Counted from the first letter of the whole stretch, positions 1-14,549 are shown. The stretch is DNA of 63,909 bases, filler included, from Reticulomyxa filosa (GCA_000512085.1; 18 parts of 18 records of this genome joined end to end with filler, not necessarily neighbours in it); one strand, 5' to 3'. Made by a program: numbers and translations. The notes: generated by a model from the letters alone, not told the origin.

Positions 1-252
1 TTCATTGATAAAATCAATTATCATCATAATATATGTTTTATGCGCTCAGTTTTCTTTGTAACTTACTGTAGAGAAAACAGTTTGTGACAAATATAGTAAA
101 TTTTTGCAACAAGTCATTTATGTTCTAATTATAAATGGAATAGCACCAACATTAAAAATTTGAATTAAACAATAAACCACTAATTTTTAGAGTCAAAATA
201 AAAGGCAAAAACAGTATTTGAAGTTTTCAAACACTAGAGACATGTTCTAAAT

Positions 253-3200
253 TTATGGAACCGATACGCTATCATGCAGGAACTGGTATAGCATTTTGGC
301 ATTAGATGCACCCATCCATTGAGATAATTCTTCCTCCGTTTTTGTGCAAAGACTCTTAAGATTTGTGACATTATTGATTATAGTGCTGCAATTGTGATTA
401 TTGACACCTGGAAGTTTTCTTAAAATATCTCTTGCAGAATGCTGAGCGATTAAACTGACTGGTGCTTTATCAGACTCGTCAGCTGTGCCATCTCCTCCAC
501 CTTGGATGATAGTTCGTGCCTCTTCAACAGTCGGTTGTAATCGCTAAAAAACAAAAAAAGACTCATGATAAAAAAATAAGAGGGAAAGAAGAAAAAAGAT
601 AGCTGGGGCAATCACACACATACTTGTTTTTTCAATTGCAGGAACATATCAGCCGTTACTTTGCCAGAACGACTCCATACAAAACGAACTTGAGGGAAAT
701 GGATAGCAAACATGGCAATTTTGCAGTGAAGATGGTGTTGGTTGGGCTCGTCAGGAATGTCGGAAGCACTCATTAAAGAAAACGATTTGGTTGGATCAAA
801 TTCGATCAAGAGGATGGGAGTTTCATAGTACCTACTCATTATGGTAAGTTGTTGACACAAGCGCCCATCTTGAATTGATTTGATTAGATCAGGGATTGAT
901 TTGCGCTCAACACAAATATCTGGACTCAGAATATAATCGCCTACTTCTAACGTTACAGGTTTGATTTCGATATCCTTTTTTTTTTTTTTTTTTTTTTTTG
1001 GGGCATACCCAATAACAGTCAAAGTAAAAAAAAAAGCCAGTGGACACAAATAAGGACATAGAAGCGATAATGTTTTAGACAGTTGAAAACCTGTTTATAT
1101 AACATGAATGGCAAGCTACTTCGAAATTCACGCGAGTCAACAATAATGCGTTGTGAAGACGGAGACTTTTGATTGCGTTTGCTGTCATTATTCTCAGATA
1201 TCAACTGTTTGGCCATTTTCCCGACGTGGTGTTTTCCATCTTGCTCTGCTGAAATCACCATATGACTTTTTTCCTTTGAATAGTTATTATTCGTATTTCT
1301 TGCATAATATTTCTGCAAACAAACAAGCAAACAAAAAAGTAACTTGAATAAGTTTTGCAAAGGCCTCTGTTTCTCTTCGCAACGAACTCAAATACTGCTG
1401 CTCTTCCACAGATTGTTCATAAGTCACAAAATAAACACGCACAAATCGTCCAGGATGGCACGCTTTGTAAATTTCCAATTGTCTGACAAAAGCCAAATTG
1501 ACATCATATAACACGACAAAATGCGGTTTCAACTCCCATAACTTGTGATAGTACATGCCATGATCCGAGTGAAGAATGACAATTTCATTTCCAAATGTGG
1601 GTCCGTCTTGCACTTTGTATGAGCTATTGTCGGGACAAGTAGTTTCGGTGAGTGTGAAAGGAGTGGAGTTGGAGTGGAATTTTCTTGAAGTTTGGACCCA
1701 CTCTTTATCTTTTAATCCCCACAACAACTTTTCCAATTTTGAAACGGTTGTGTCTCCTCTTTGGTACTTTTGAATATTGTTTCTAAGTTTTTCCTTTTTT
1801 TTTGTTCTTTTTTTCCCGCGAGTCTTCAGAAGTGGGGCGTTGTCTCGCTGAATCTTCGTCGTCACTATTTGTGTCATCGAGGCTGGACGCCTTTGCACTT
1901 GCTGGAGTCGAGTTTCTCGAAGTGCTTCGATTTGAGTCGGGAGTCCCCAATTCTATTTTGGATTCTTGTTTTGTTTCTGTTTCTTTTCCTTGTGGAGACG
2001 TTCCTGCTATTTCTTCTTCGAATAACTCTGTCAGTGGATCTGGATGTGCTGCTGTTTGTTTGTTTGTTCCCCATTGCATTGAATTTCATTTTGCGAAATG
2101 ATTAAGCAACACAATTACACATAAACACCACAAAGGGATTGTCTGTTCACAAACTTTGGTCCGTCTTTGATTTTGGACGCATTGCAACAATGGACTCTTT
2201 TTCTTCGACAGTAACTCTTATTTTTTGCGGAGTAATGTCATCTTCCTTATTTTTTCTTTGAAGTTTTGAGTAGAAGCGCTCCAAATCTTTCTTTGGTATT
2301 GTGCATGTCATAGTGCGTGCATATATTCAAATGCAAATACATCATACATCAGCATAATACGCATTGAAAGAAAAAAAGCTAAAGAAAGACGGTCAAACAA
2401 CAACACAAAGAGAATGGAACCTGCTCAATTTGTTGCCTTTCTTCGACTAAGCACAGCAATTCCTTTCTTCTGTCCTCCAATTTTTTCCATTGCTTTTGGT
2501 CGTTTGCACTCAACGACGACGCAGTACGGTTGCCATATTGATCCCAACCGACATGTTGATGAGCACTCGATGGCCGTGCTGAGGGAAGAGAAGTGGGCTG
2601 AGAAGAAGAAGAAGAAGAAGCTGATGATGCTGATGATGCTGATGATGATGATGATGAAGGAGATGTAGAATTAAGAAGAGAAAGAGAATTATCTTGGACA
2701 TGAGCAGTAGCAGCCAAATAAGTCTTCCAATAATTTTTCATTTCATGTCTTAATCCGTATTTCAACAACATTCCAATTTGTTTGCTTGTCGACACAGTTT
2801 CAGTGACAATCATTATTGGGCTTTGTACTTCCTCTGTAGTCCATACAATCATTAATTGTTGTTTTTTCTCTCCTCTTTTTTTTAAAAATATATATAAAAA
2901 AAAAATAAAAATAGAGCAACTGTGCGAGGCTTGCTCTATTCGAATGTCACGAATGATATCGAGCAAACACTGCCACTTTGGATTGACCTCCAAGTTAATT
3001 CGCAGAAAGCCATTTTGATATTGAAACACATGATCACCCTGGTCATCAAGATCATCAGGATCGCAGCAGTCTTTTTTGTTGGTGTTATGTTCCTGTGTGT
3101 CTTTGTCGACCATTACCGTTTCCTCCTTCGACTCTGTGTTCGACGCATGTTCTTTTTTGTCACTTTCGCACACGTGTTCGGAATTGGGACAAGAAACGAC

Positions 3201-4076
3201 CACTTTTCGTCTTTTGGACTTTGGTTCGAGCGTGAGGTCCAGCTCATTACAAAGCGGTACAAAATCCTTGGCAAGTTCCGTTTTTTCTGGTCGAGGATCC
3301 GTTTCAAACCATTCATAGACTCGGTTTTTGGCCGTCTGCAAATATCGTCATCAATTATTATCATTATGATTATCACACTCAGAAAAATAAATAAATAAAT
3401 AAATGAAAACAAAAAAAAATAAAAAAAGAATGAAAATGTCCTTATGGAACTTGGAATAACTCTTCGGCGGTGGTAGTCATAAGCCAAGCACTGCTTGTCA
3501 ACACTTTGTTATTATTCGCTGTTCCGAAAAAGTGTTTTTGGGCTTGGATGGAGTGCACGGTTTTTAGAGACGTTAAATAGCGATGCAACGTCACGCAGTC
3601 GTATTTGACGATGTAGGAGAGCAAGCGTCGTATCTGTCCCAAGTCAGTGACAAGGTTGCGTGTCTCTTGCGTCAGGTTATACCAATAAGGGTCCAATTCT
3701 CGTCGCAATGCGCGCTCAAAGTTGTTGAACAGGCCATTTTCGATTGTTATTCCCGACAGGTTCACCGTTGTGCTCTTCTTCAGTTCTAACAGTAGCACTT
3801 GCATTAGATCGATGCAATACTCTTGCAATTGTTTCATATTTGGTGTCAACTTCAAGTGCAATTCGACCACCTTTTTTTTTTTTTTTTTTAGCACGCTTAT
3901 CAAACAAACACTTGGGAACATACACACAAACACAGATATCATTACCTCCAATTGATGCTCTTTGAGCTCGTTGTGCACCGGTGCTCGGAATCTTGGCCAC
4001 AACAGCGGCTTAACCACGTACAGATATCTCATCTTTTTTAGAAACTCATTGTAGCCGCTCACAAAAGCCTCTGGGG
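253..4076 (-). CDS. ERCC4: DNA repair endonuclease XPF (Rad1/Rad16), multi-exon, 5'-truncated by contig end
   Basis: Spliced pieces give the helicase-like region ([14 protein letters not shown]; [24 protein letters not shown]...[26 protein letters not shown]), the nuclease domain ([13 protein letters not shown]; [31 protein letters not shown]) and a C-terminal HhH ([10 protein letters not shown]) ending at TAA 253-255. GT-AG introns include 544-623, 975-1090, 1313-1343 and 3871-3945. Confidence 0.95.
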
Positions 4077-4176
4077 NNNNNNNNNNNNNNNNNNNNNNNN
4101 NNNNNNNNNNNNNNNNNNNNTTAATTAATTAANNNNNNNNNNNNNNNNNNNNNNNNNNNNNNNNNNNNNNNNNNNN
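4077..4176. other. Artificial contig spacer (44N-TTAATTAATTAA-44N), first of 17
   Basis: Identical 100-nt spacers start at 4077, 9264, 12205, 15251, 20252, 23893, 25358, 27772, 29183, 33517, 37075, 38262, 40316, 41621, 50991, 56013 and 62572. The linker has stops in all six frames. Confidence 0.99.
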
Positions 4177-4196
4177 AAAAAAAAAAAAAAAAAAAG

Positions 4197-4864
4197 GTAG
4201 TGGTCAGTATATTGGCAATAAAGTTTACGAGCAACGAGAAAATAGGAAGCCTGTGTATCGCGAGGATTTATGTGCGTTTGCTTCGAAAACATTCAGTTCA
4301 CGATATGGAGTCAAATGTGTCATTGCAAATATGCCTTTGATCAATTTTCCAACTGCAAAGAGTTTCAAAGAAAATACTCGATTGGCAATCCTTGGATGGG
4401 GTGCACTTGTAGATTGGATTCTTGCAAAATTGTCTAACAATGCGATCAATCTGTATGCTCAATGGTATGCTGATACAAATGATGGCTCCAAATTTCCTTT
4501 CCATTTTTTTGAAGAAGTCGGCTTCACTGCCAAAGACTTTGAAACTTTGCACTCGCAAACAGAATCTGAACAAGAGTGGAAAAATGGATTCACTTTGAGA
4601 AGCTTATATGAAATTTCCTCTTACTTTCGAAATGCCAGCCAAATCAATGACTTAATTTGTGTGGAAAATATCAATATACCGGTTTTGTACTTTGTTGCCA
4701 AAGATGACAAATGCTGCCCTCCCAATACGACACTGCTAGCTAAAACTAAGTGCCAACAAACTGTTGTCTACAATGGCTCTCACCACGCTATTTATCAAAG
4801 TGAACATTTTGATAACATGTGCTCACACATTGCAAAGTTCCTCGAACAACATTTATTAATCTAA
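4197..4864 (+). CDS. Alpha/beta-hydrolase-fold protein, final exon (5'-truncated)
   Basis: INIPVLYFVAKDDKCCPP (acid-residue motif) and YNGSHHAIYQ...IAKFL (His motif and terminal helix). The frame is open from the AG after the contig-start A-run. Confidence 0.6.
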
Positions 4865-6239
4865 TTTTCAATACGATTGCATTTTCCTTAGCTTTGAAAC
4901 TCCATTCTACCTTTAACAAATAAAGGTAAATTTATTAAAAATAACTTAAATTAATGATTTACAATATCTTTATCAAATTTTTTTATCTGTGATATGTTTA
5001 TTTACAAATTACATATTAAATAAAAATGCAGTAAATTTTAAAAAAATAACACATAGACTAAGAAAAAAGCTAAATGTAATATTATGATTTTAGCTTGCTT
5101 TGGTTCAAAAGCTGTTATGAATGCATGCAAAATAAATTTTAAATTTATAAAGAATATAAAAAACTTTATATCAAATAAAATTTCAAAGCTAAATTTAATT
5201 TTACAAAAAAATTCAATAAATTAAATTTTACTTGAAAATTTTTTTTAAAAGGTATATAATACTGACTTAATGTTCCTAAAAAAGAAACGAAAATATTTAA
5301 AAATTTATCTTGACAATAATGTTGGTTTATATGCATTCTTGCGAAATTTTGAAAATTTATATGAAAAATCGATATTTTTGATCATATAAAAAGTTAATAT
5401 AAAATAAATTTTATATTTGAAAACTACAAGATTGTGTTGATAAATATTATTTTTCATGGAAAAAATCAATAATCTTCTTTATAAAGTTTCGTTTCATGTG
5501 CCAACTTTCTTTTTTTATCCTACTGTATTTTATTTTTTGATAAACGAAACTTCATAGTTGTACTTTTTCAATAACAATGATAAAAACAAAAAAATTTTAG
5601 CGTTTATATTTTATATCATTTCAAACAAATATTTTATTAAATTAAAAAAGAATGTAGCAAAACAAAAATATAATTTTATTCGGCCCAATTTTATTTATAT
5701 TCAAAAATATAGTTTGCTTGAAGGAAAATCAGGTTGCAAAATAAAAAAACAAACGCTTTAGTTTGTAAATTTTCTTTTAAAGACGGTATTTTATTTCATT
5801 AAATTATATTTTCTAAATGAACAACAAAATGAATTAATAAAATAAAATGATATTATATATTGTTTTTGATAACAAAAAAAAGTTTATGTTACACATAATT
5901 TTCGTAAAAAAAAATCAATTTTATAAAATAAGAATTCTGATGCATAAAATTATTTCCAATTTTTTACATTTTAATTTTTTTTATATGTATTATTTTTAAT
6001 ATTTTTTTAGAAAAATAAGTGCTTTAAATTTCAAAAATTGTGTTGTCGAATTAAAGTATTCTTATTAGGCCTTTTGTGTCCAGGGTGTTTAATTAAGTTT
6101 CTCTGCACTGTATTATGCTTGAAAAAGTTGAATTGGAAAAAGGTGGTTGTGTTGAAGTAACAAAGTTCAAATCTTACAAAGGGACATTTTAAGCACATAC
6201 GCACAGCAAATCACACAACAACGAGATGTTTGCTGTTTG

Positions 6240-9213
6240 TTAAGGTATATGTGCGATCGGCTTTTCCCTTGGTTGTTGTTCATCTTCTATTTGGAGGAAA
6301 GCTTTTCTTTCCTGGTTCTGATTGTTTGTGTTTTGAGGAATCTGGTTTGGTATGTTTAATTTTCTCCGCTATTATGTGCCACCGCATACACCATCATTAT
6401 CGTATTACAAAAAACTAAACGAGCAAATAAAACCTTTTTTTTCAAAACGGCATACCTTAGTGACGGGTTGTGTTTTATTCTCTAGCAAATGTTTCTTTTT
6501 TCGAGATATATTGTTGTCAGGCATATTAATTGTCGGCGCTGGCACCACATTTGATTCTTGGCAAATATTGCCAAATTCGTTTTTGTTTCTCTGTATCGTA
6601 TGCATTGGCAAGCAGTGGATAACATTTTGCGCAGATCCCATCGCGGATGTTTCATTACCAACCAAGTTCATATTCATATTGACATTTGATGTAGGTATTG
6701 TTGGAATAGGGACAAATGACACATTTGTTGTGGGCAAGGCATAATGAATTTGCATCGTATTGGCAATACTATTGGAATGATGAAGCGGCTGTCCAATCGC
6801 AAATGTTTGTGATTGGGGAGGATTGGGATGAGAACCAACCGAAAACGGTATGCTAATGGTAGGAACAGTCAAAGTGCTGACAGGGACACCAACGCCCATA
6901 CTTACAGGAACACTGGTGGGTGCGTAGGAAGCGTAAATGAAGGCATTACCAGAAGCCGATGGACCCGACGTCGACGTTGGATTTGTCGAACTCAGATTGA
7001 TACCAGAAGACGTGGCAGTCGATAGGTGTGATGTCAATGCACTTAACGTCAAGGCAATGGGGATTTCATTCGAGGCATCACGCTTGTTAGTGTCAGTATT
7101 GTTTACGTTGCTTCTACCATCGTTGATCGTCGGGTTCGTGTTTGGCGCCAAAGTGCCGTCAAAATTGCCAGGTAGCATATACACCACTCTTGTAGTATTT
7201 CCTGCTTGATCATTCGGCGCTGTTGTCAGGAATGGCTGCGGGGTATGCACTGACTGAAAGGGGGACGACAATAGCGAATAATGGGCGGCATTGATATGTG
7301 AGAAAATATCCGTTGGCGAAGGCAAGCCAAGCATCATTACGTCATTTCGACTGGTAACATTTTCATCCTCACTTCTTGTTACAAAGTGTTGCGGCAATGC
7401 ATCTGCATCTTTGACCAGCTTTGGATCACTTTGGTTGTTGTATTTATTTTTGACTTTGTTTGTCTTTGCAACAACATGGTCGGAACATTCTGTTGCGTTC
7501 TTATCAACGACACCGGATTGAAGTCCAAGTGTCTTTCTTTCTTTCAATTTGACGCTTTTTTCTTTTTTTTCTTTCTCTTTCTTTTGCAATTTTGTTACTC
7601 CTTTATCAATCTTTTTCGTTTTTTCTTTTTTTTTCGTGGGTTCACTATTCTTGTTCGCTTGTCTATTCTTTTGATCACACACGCTGTCATTTTTTTTTTC
7701 ACAAGTCTTGACTTACATTTCTCTCTATCCCCAATAGAGACACTCATCGCCGACGATGTATGTACAGATTCATTCATATTTTGTTCATTTTGTTTTGTTT
7801 CTGTTCATGATGTGCGACAAAAAACGGATATACATATGTATATAAATATAGTAATTCTCTTTGGTTAAATCACAAACACGCACGACAATATAGCCAAAAA
7901 AATTCTCAACTGATGAAAGGATACGCAATTAAGGGTGGAGGCTCGTCCAAGTCGAAGTCAAGATCTTTATTTACTCCAGTATCACAGTTTTCAGGATTGG
8001 GCTTCGCCAAAGGATTATTAACAGAACCTCGTCTCGGATGACACATTAGCGCAGGCAAATGTATGAGTTCGTAACATAGTTGATCTTTCTCTCAACTATG
8101 ACATCTACCGCCAGCTCGTCTTCGCTAAACTGATTAGATAAAAACGTATCTGCTGTGAAAATGTCAATTTCATTCTTCAGCTCAATATCTTCTTTTGCAT
8201 TTTTTTCGTTTTCCTTTTCTCTCTCTCTCTCTTTTTCTTTTCTCGCTGTCTCATTGTCGCTATGAATTGCCCACACATTTTCATTCAATACTTGAAAATA
8301 GGGAGCAAATGCACACCAATTGTCCTTTCTTTGTTCACTCCAAATTAAGATTTCACCGTTTCCCAATACCGATACCAATATATTTTCAATGGGATGCCAC
8401 TGTTTCATTTGTTTAAACATGACAATGTAAACAAGCAAGCAATGTTGCAATAACAAACAAAATTTCACAAAAGAAAAAAAAAAGCCACAAACAAAGTTGT
8501 TTCAAAATGTAAAAACAAACACTTTTTTTTTCACACCAATAAGTCAATGACACTTGAATCGGGGCCGTGTAGCACGTCTTCTAATGCCCCGTCGAAACAT
8601 CGTCTCCAAATGGATATTTTGCACGTATGTTTATGAGCTGCCGCTGTATCGTTTTGTTTGCTATCTTTCGCTATTTTCCGTCCTCCCCTCCCTTCTCCTC
8701 TTCCCTTTCTCCCTCTTTTCCGAACATACTCGCATCGTACCTGCACACACATATTCCGAGTTGTGGCTAAAACAGCATGCACTCCAGCCTTTCTTCTCAA
8801 TGCTGTCCTGATATACTCGCTCAACACAAATACGTCTATATTTTGGTGATGAACAATCTGGTGGCGTCACGAACACAGAAAAATAAAAGAAAGAAAAAAA
8901 AGAAAAAAACGGCCCACCAAAGAGATCACAACAATTTTGAAATCTCTAATTTGTAACTTATCGTCATCTTTGATTTGAATGTACCGCACAACACGGTCGG
9001 AGCAATTAGTCAACAAAAACTTGCCACAGCGACTCAACACAATGGATTTGACGGAACTGTTTTTAGTGATTAGCTGTTGATCAAGCAAAGTCCACGAGTG
9101 ATGATCAACAATCATAACACGCCCATGTGTGGTGCCACAATAAATTCGAGATCCATTACTGTTAAACACTGCACATGAGATTTGCTCGTCTTTCAACTTG
9201 CGTCCACGCCTAG
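6240..9213 (-). CDS. RBBP5: RBBP5/Swd1 WD40 subunit of COMPASS with long low-complexity C-terminal extension (5'-truncated; one apparent 1-nt frameshift near 8087)
   Basis: VKSIVLSRCGKFLLTNCSDRVVR, WSACCFSHNSEYVCAG, VLHGPDSSVIDLL/WHPIENILVSV and DNWCAFAPYFQVLNENV match the RBBP5 'ENWSAFAPDFKELDENV' signature. A shifted frame gives ELIHLP, and GT-AG introns (including 33-nt 7684-7716) then join the 425-aa ORF and a last exon ending at TAA 6240-6242. Confidence 0.85.
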
Positions 9214-10972
9214 CTATACACATTTCAAAAAAAAAAAAAAAAAAAACAAACAAAAAAAAAAAANNNNNNNNNNNNNNNNNNNNNNNNNNNNNNNNNNNNN
9301 NNNNNNNTTAATTAATTAANNNNNNNNNNNNNNNNNNNNNNNNNNNNNNNNNNNNNNNNNNNNTGTAATTTTTGTTTTTTCAGTAAGATATCACTAAAAG
9401 AAAAGACGTAGTTCCATTTTTTAAAAAACTAAATTAGAAAGCGTTATTTGTCAAGTCTTTAATTTCATTTTTCTACATATGTAAAAGCAAAATTGATTAT
9501 AAATAAAGATTATATAAAAAAATAAAAATAAAATATCCAAAAAGTTTTTACAAGTTAACTATCCTTTTGACAAAATATAATTGTATATAATGACTAAAGT
9601 GATTAAATATATTAAAGTTATGATTATAGCTTCGTTAGTTTGCGTTAGTTTTTGCTGGCCTTATTCGTTATCATAATATATTAATTTTTTTTTTTTGCGC
9701 AATAGTTTCAATGAATAGATGCATTTTTAAAAAGCATCGACAAAATAAACTTTATAGTTAATATTAAGTGAAAGAAAGTATCAACGATATTTGGAAAATT
9801 GTTATGTGATTTAAAGAGGGAAAAAAAAGTAAAACCAAACTTTAAGGTTTGTAGTTTAAACAGTAACAAAAACATTAAAAACAACCAAACACATTTTGGT
9901 AAAAGGAAGCAATTAACAAGGGAACAACAACAAAAAAAAGTGACAAACAAACACTACAGTTCAAAAATTCATGATCGACGCTTTTCCTTTCCATATTTAT
10001 GTTTCAGTTTTGCTTTGTCCCGTGAATATTGCTCCACAACTAGAAAAAAAAAAGCCACAAAGTTCAAGGGCATGAATAAAACAATAGAAAACAACAACAG
10101 AAAACAACAACAGAAATGGAGGAAGAAAAACAACTGCCAGTACTTTGGAATCGTCAAGCTTTTATAATATAAGTAAAAATCACAACTCACATAACTGCAA
10201 AAAAGACAAAAGAAAAAAAAAACAATGATAATATGAAAAAATTGCAAGACAATGATTTAAATCAGCCTACAAAATAAGAATACAAATGGTACGCAAAAAA
10301 AATAATGAACAAATAAAAGAGAATAAAGGAGAATGAAAAAAATGCAAAAAAACAAACGAACAAACAAGCAAACAAACCTCTAAAACCCAAGAAGTATATA
10401 AAAAAATTTGTTTTCTTTCCCATTTTATTTTGTTGTTGTGCAAACAGTATAAAAAGATGCTCTTGTCATATAAGCGCAAAAACAACAACAAAAAAAAAAA
10501 CACGCACACTCACGCAAATCAACCATGCTAATCTATCAACACAAAATCTATTTTACAAACAGCAGTGCCAATATGACGCACCAAGATCAAAATGAATTTA
10601 TTTTGCAAAATTGCCAAGAAAAAGGGCAGCAACAACCAAAAAAAAAAATAAAATAAAGAAAAAAAGATGACAAAAGGGAGAGATAGACAAAATGCAAATA
10701 AGAAAATGGGTTTGTTTGTTTGCAGTTTATTTCACTTTTTTTTTGTTTTATTTTTTTATTTTTTTTTTTTTTTATTTATTTATTTTTATTTATTTTTTTA
10801 TTATTTTTTTTGTTCATTTATTTTCTTTCAGTATGTTTCTACAATTGTCTTACCACTATTCGATCAAGCACAAACACAGCAGTGTGTATATTGAACAAAA
10901 ACGAAAAAAAAAAAAAAGGGGTCAACAAATCAATAAAAGGCAGAATCATTCTTACTTTGTGATGGAATTTCT

Positions 10973-12181
<1,209 letters not shown>

Positions 12182-12304
12182 CTATTTTTTTTTTTTTTTT
12201 TTTTNNNNNNNNNNNNNNNNNNNNNNNNNNNNNNNNNNNNNNNNNNNNTTAATTAATTAANNNNNNNNNNNNNNNNNNNNNNNNNNNNNNNNNNNNNNNN
12301 NNNN

Positions 12305-12341
<37 letters not shown>

Positions 12342-12343
<2 letters not shown>

Positions 12344-13126
12344 TTTTTGAATGAAGTGGAGATCATGGCGCAATCCAATCCATTGTGGCGAACAAAACAA
12401 AAACGAAACTTGTTCAAGAATGAAACCTCGTCGGAAAGTGATACAGAGTTGAGGCTCTCGTTCTTGATTGGAGTTGTCAATGTCACCGAATATGAGACAC
12501 TTCTCAAAAACATCGTGATCTTGAATAAACTGGACTTGCCCATTTGTTTGTTATTGCTGTTTTTATCTTTTTGCATATGTGCATACTCACACACACACAC
12601 TTACAATTGTTATCCTTTGCTGCTCTCTATTCTATTGTTTTACTGTCTTTTTGCTTCTGTGCATAAAGTCGTAATTTATGACAACATCGAAGAAGGATAC
12701 TACAAGAGCGATACCGTGTCACTTACATTTGTGCAACAAGTCTTTCGTGGAGAATTGCCAGTTCTTGTTTTGTTTTTTTGTTTTGTCATAACTTTGACAA
12801 ACGAGGATGAAATAAATGAAAATGATGATAACAAAGTGTTTTTTGTTATGTTCAGATCATGTACTCCAAAAATTGGTTTGTAAGAAAAGCAAAGGTAAAC
12901 CCAACACGAAGAGTAAGGACATTTTTTTTGTGTACAAAACAATTTGTGTTTTTTTCTTTGATATCCCCAAAAACTCAATATGAAACAGGTTTTAGATCAA
13001 TTTTTCAGTAGCCTTGAAGGTTGGCAAATACTACTTTTATTCATTGGGCTGTTTATAACAATATTTGGTCTTATGCTTTGTCTTGACTATTGCTGCATTG
13101 TCGACAAACCCAAGAAAGAAGTTTGA
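12342..13126 (+). CDS. Hypothetical single-pass membrane protein, C-terminal exons
   Basis: Last exon reads DQFFSSLEGWQILLLFIGLFITIFGLMLCLDYCCIVDKPKKEV* (one TM, Cys pair, short tail). The upstream ORF 12347-12883 contains intron-like stretches. Confidence 0.5.
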
Positions 13127-13480
13127 GGAAATTGACACCCAACAGGACAAATGAAGAATTAGGTATGGCTCTCTATTCTATTTACATATTCCACGAGTTA
13201 AAAAAAGTGTTTTAATATTGCAACAGGAACAGCCAACGTTTACTCTTTATTCGAAGAGATTCGCTTTAATATAAGAATGGTTCGTCACAGAAATAATGTT
13301 CTTTTCAATTTTGCTTTTTATTTTTGGCACGACCTAATATCTAAAACTTTTGCTTCTTGAAAAAAAGACTCGGAAATTGAAATATTACAATAATAACATC
13401 AAATGATGTTGGACAAACAGACACAACATAAAACTTGCAAACATATTATTTTCTCTTCTTTCGCCTTTTCCCAGGAAGAT

Positions 13481-14149
13481 TCACTTCTTGCCAACTTTGA
13501 AATAAACAACTACACCAATGACAACCAAAATGATGACAACCAAAACGATGAAAATGATGCATAATAAAGGACGCATTCGCTTCAGCTTCTTTCTGCGTCT
13601 GTTCTTTTTAATCGAATTAGCACAAACGTGACAACGAATATTCAATTCTCCAATAGTCTCTATGGGCACTATTTCGTTCTTGTCCAGGTCTCAGGCTATA
13701 GCGCGCATTTCTTCATTTATATTCATCTTCTGCTAATTTATTTGGAAAACAGATTTTTTGAAGGAAAACAAAAAAACGCATGGATAATACTTACATCGTC
13801 CCTGCCTACGGGAATGTGAAGAAGAGCATCATTTCGTGTAAAATCTCTGTTTAATGTCATGAAATCTTTTTTGTAGCCATCTATACGATTTTGCCATTTT
13901 GCTTTCAATGCTGAATCAAAACATCTTTTCTCTAGTTCCATATACCGTACACATTTCCGAAACTCATTCAAATCATTTTCTATTTCGTTTGCTAATTCTT
14001 GAGTCCCTCTTTCCAAGGATCCTATTTTTCTGACAGCAGTGGTGTCAATCTTTAAAACTTTACTGCTTATATTTCATGAGATACTTGCTGATCTGTGGCA
14101 ACATATCTTGAATTTCTTTGTCATAATCTTCTATTATTTCAGCTATCAT
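13481..14149 (-). pseudogene. VTI1: Vti1-like Qb-SNARE with in-frame TGA (13691-13693) and eroded SNARE motif
   Basis: Habc region MIAEIIEDYDKEIQ...RYMELEKR...KWQNRIDGYKKDF, two GT-AG introns, then RAIA*DLDKNEIVPIETIGELN and a C-terminal TM (LLCIIFIVLVVIILVVIGVVVYFK). Confidence 0.7.
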
Positions 14150-14549
14150 TTTGACTATATTTCAAAATAATTTGTTTTGAACAACGTCTCAAAAACTCTC
14201 CTGCTGATCCTCCAAAGTACATTACCAATGAATTTGTTTTATATTACTTTTGTCATTTTTTATTCAAATTGAAAATCATTGGATCGTTTTGGCTCATGAT
14301 AATGTGTTTAACTAAATGAGTTTCGACACATCAAAAACTCATCGAGTGAAATGCATCCCTTTGAAGCAAGCGCAATGAAGGTCTGATTGATTTGGAATAT
14401 AAGGAGGATTACGAGTTATGAAAGTGTTGAAAAATAAAAAAAGCAGGAAAAGTATTCCCGGTACAAAGCCACCTAGTCCTATGAAATTTAAGTTGATGCA
14501 TTAGGTGTTTACCAAAAAGAAGAGCAATGAATAAACTAATATATGTTTG

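Noticed and set aside
2596-2662. His-rich antisense/alternative-frame ORF (2510-2701) over the trinucleotide repeats
   Set aside because: It is an alternative-frame reading of the poly-Ser insert within XPF.
9700-10960. F/K-rich ORFs of 70-120 aa (also 34895-35491 and 49235-50198)
   Set aside because: They are translations of poly-T/poly-A UTR or intergenic tracts with no protein-like content.
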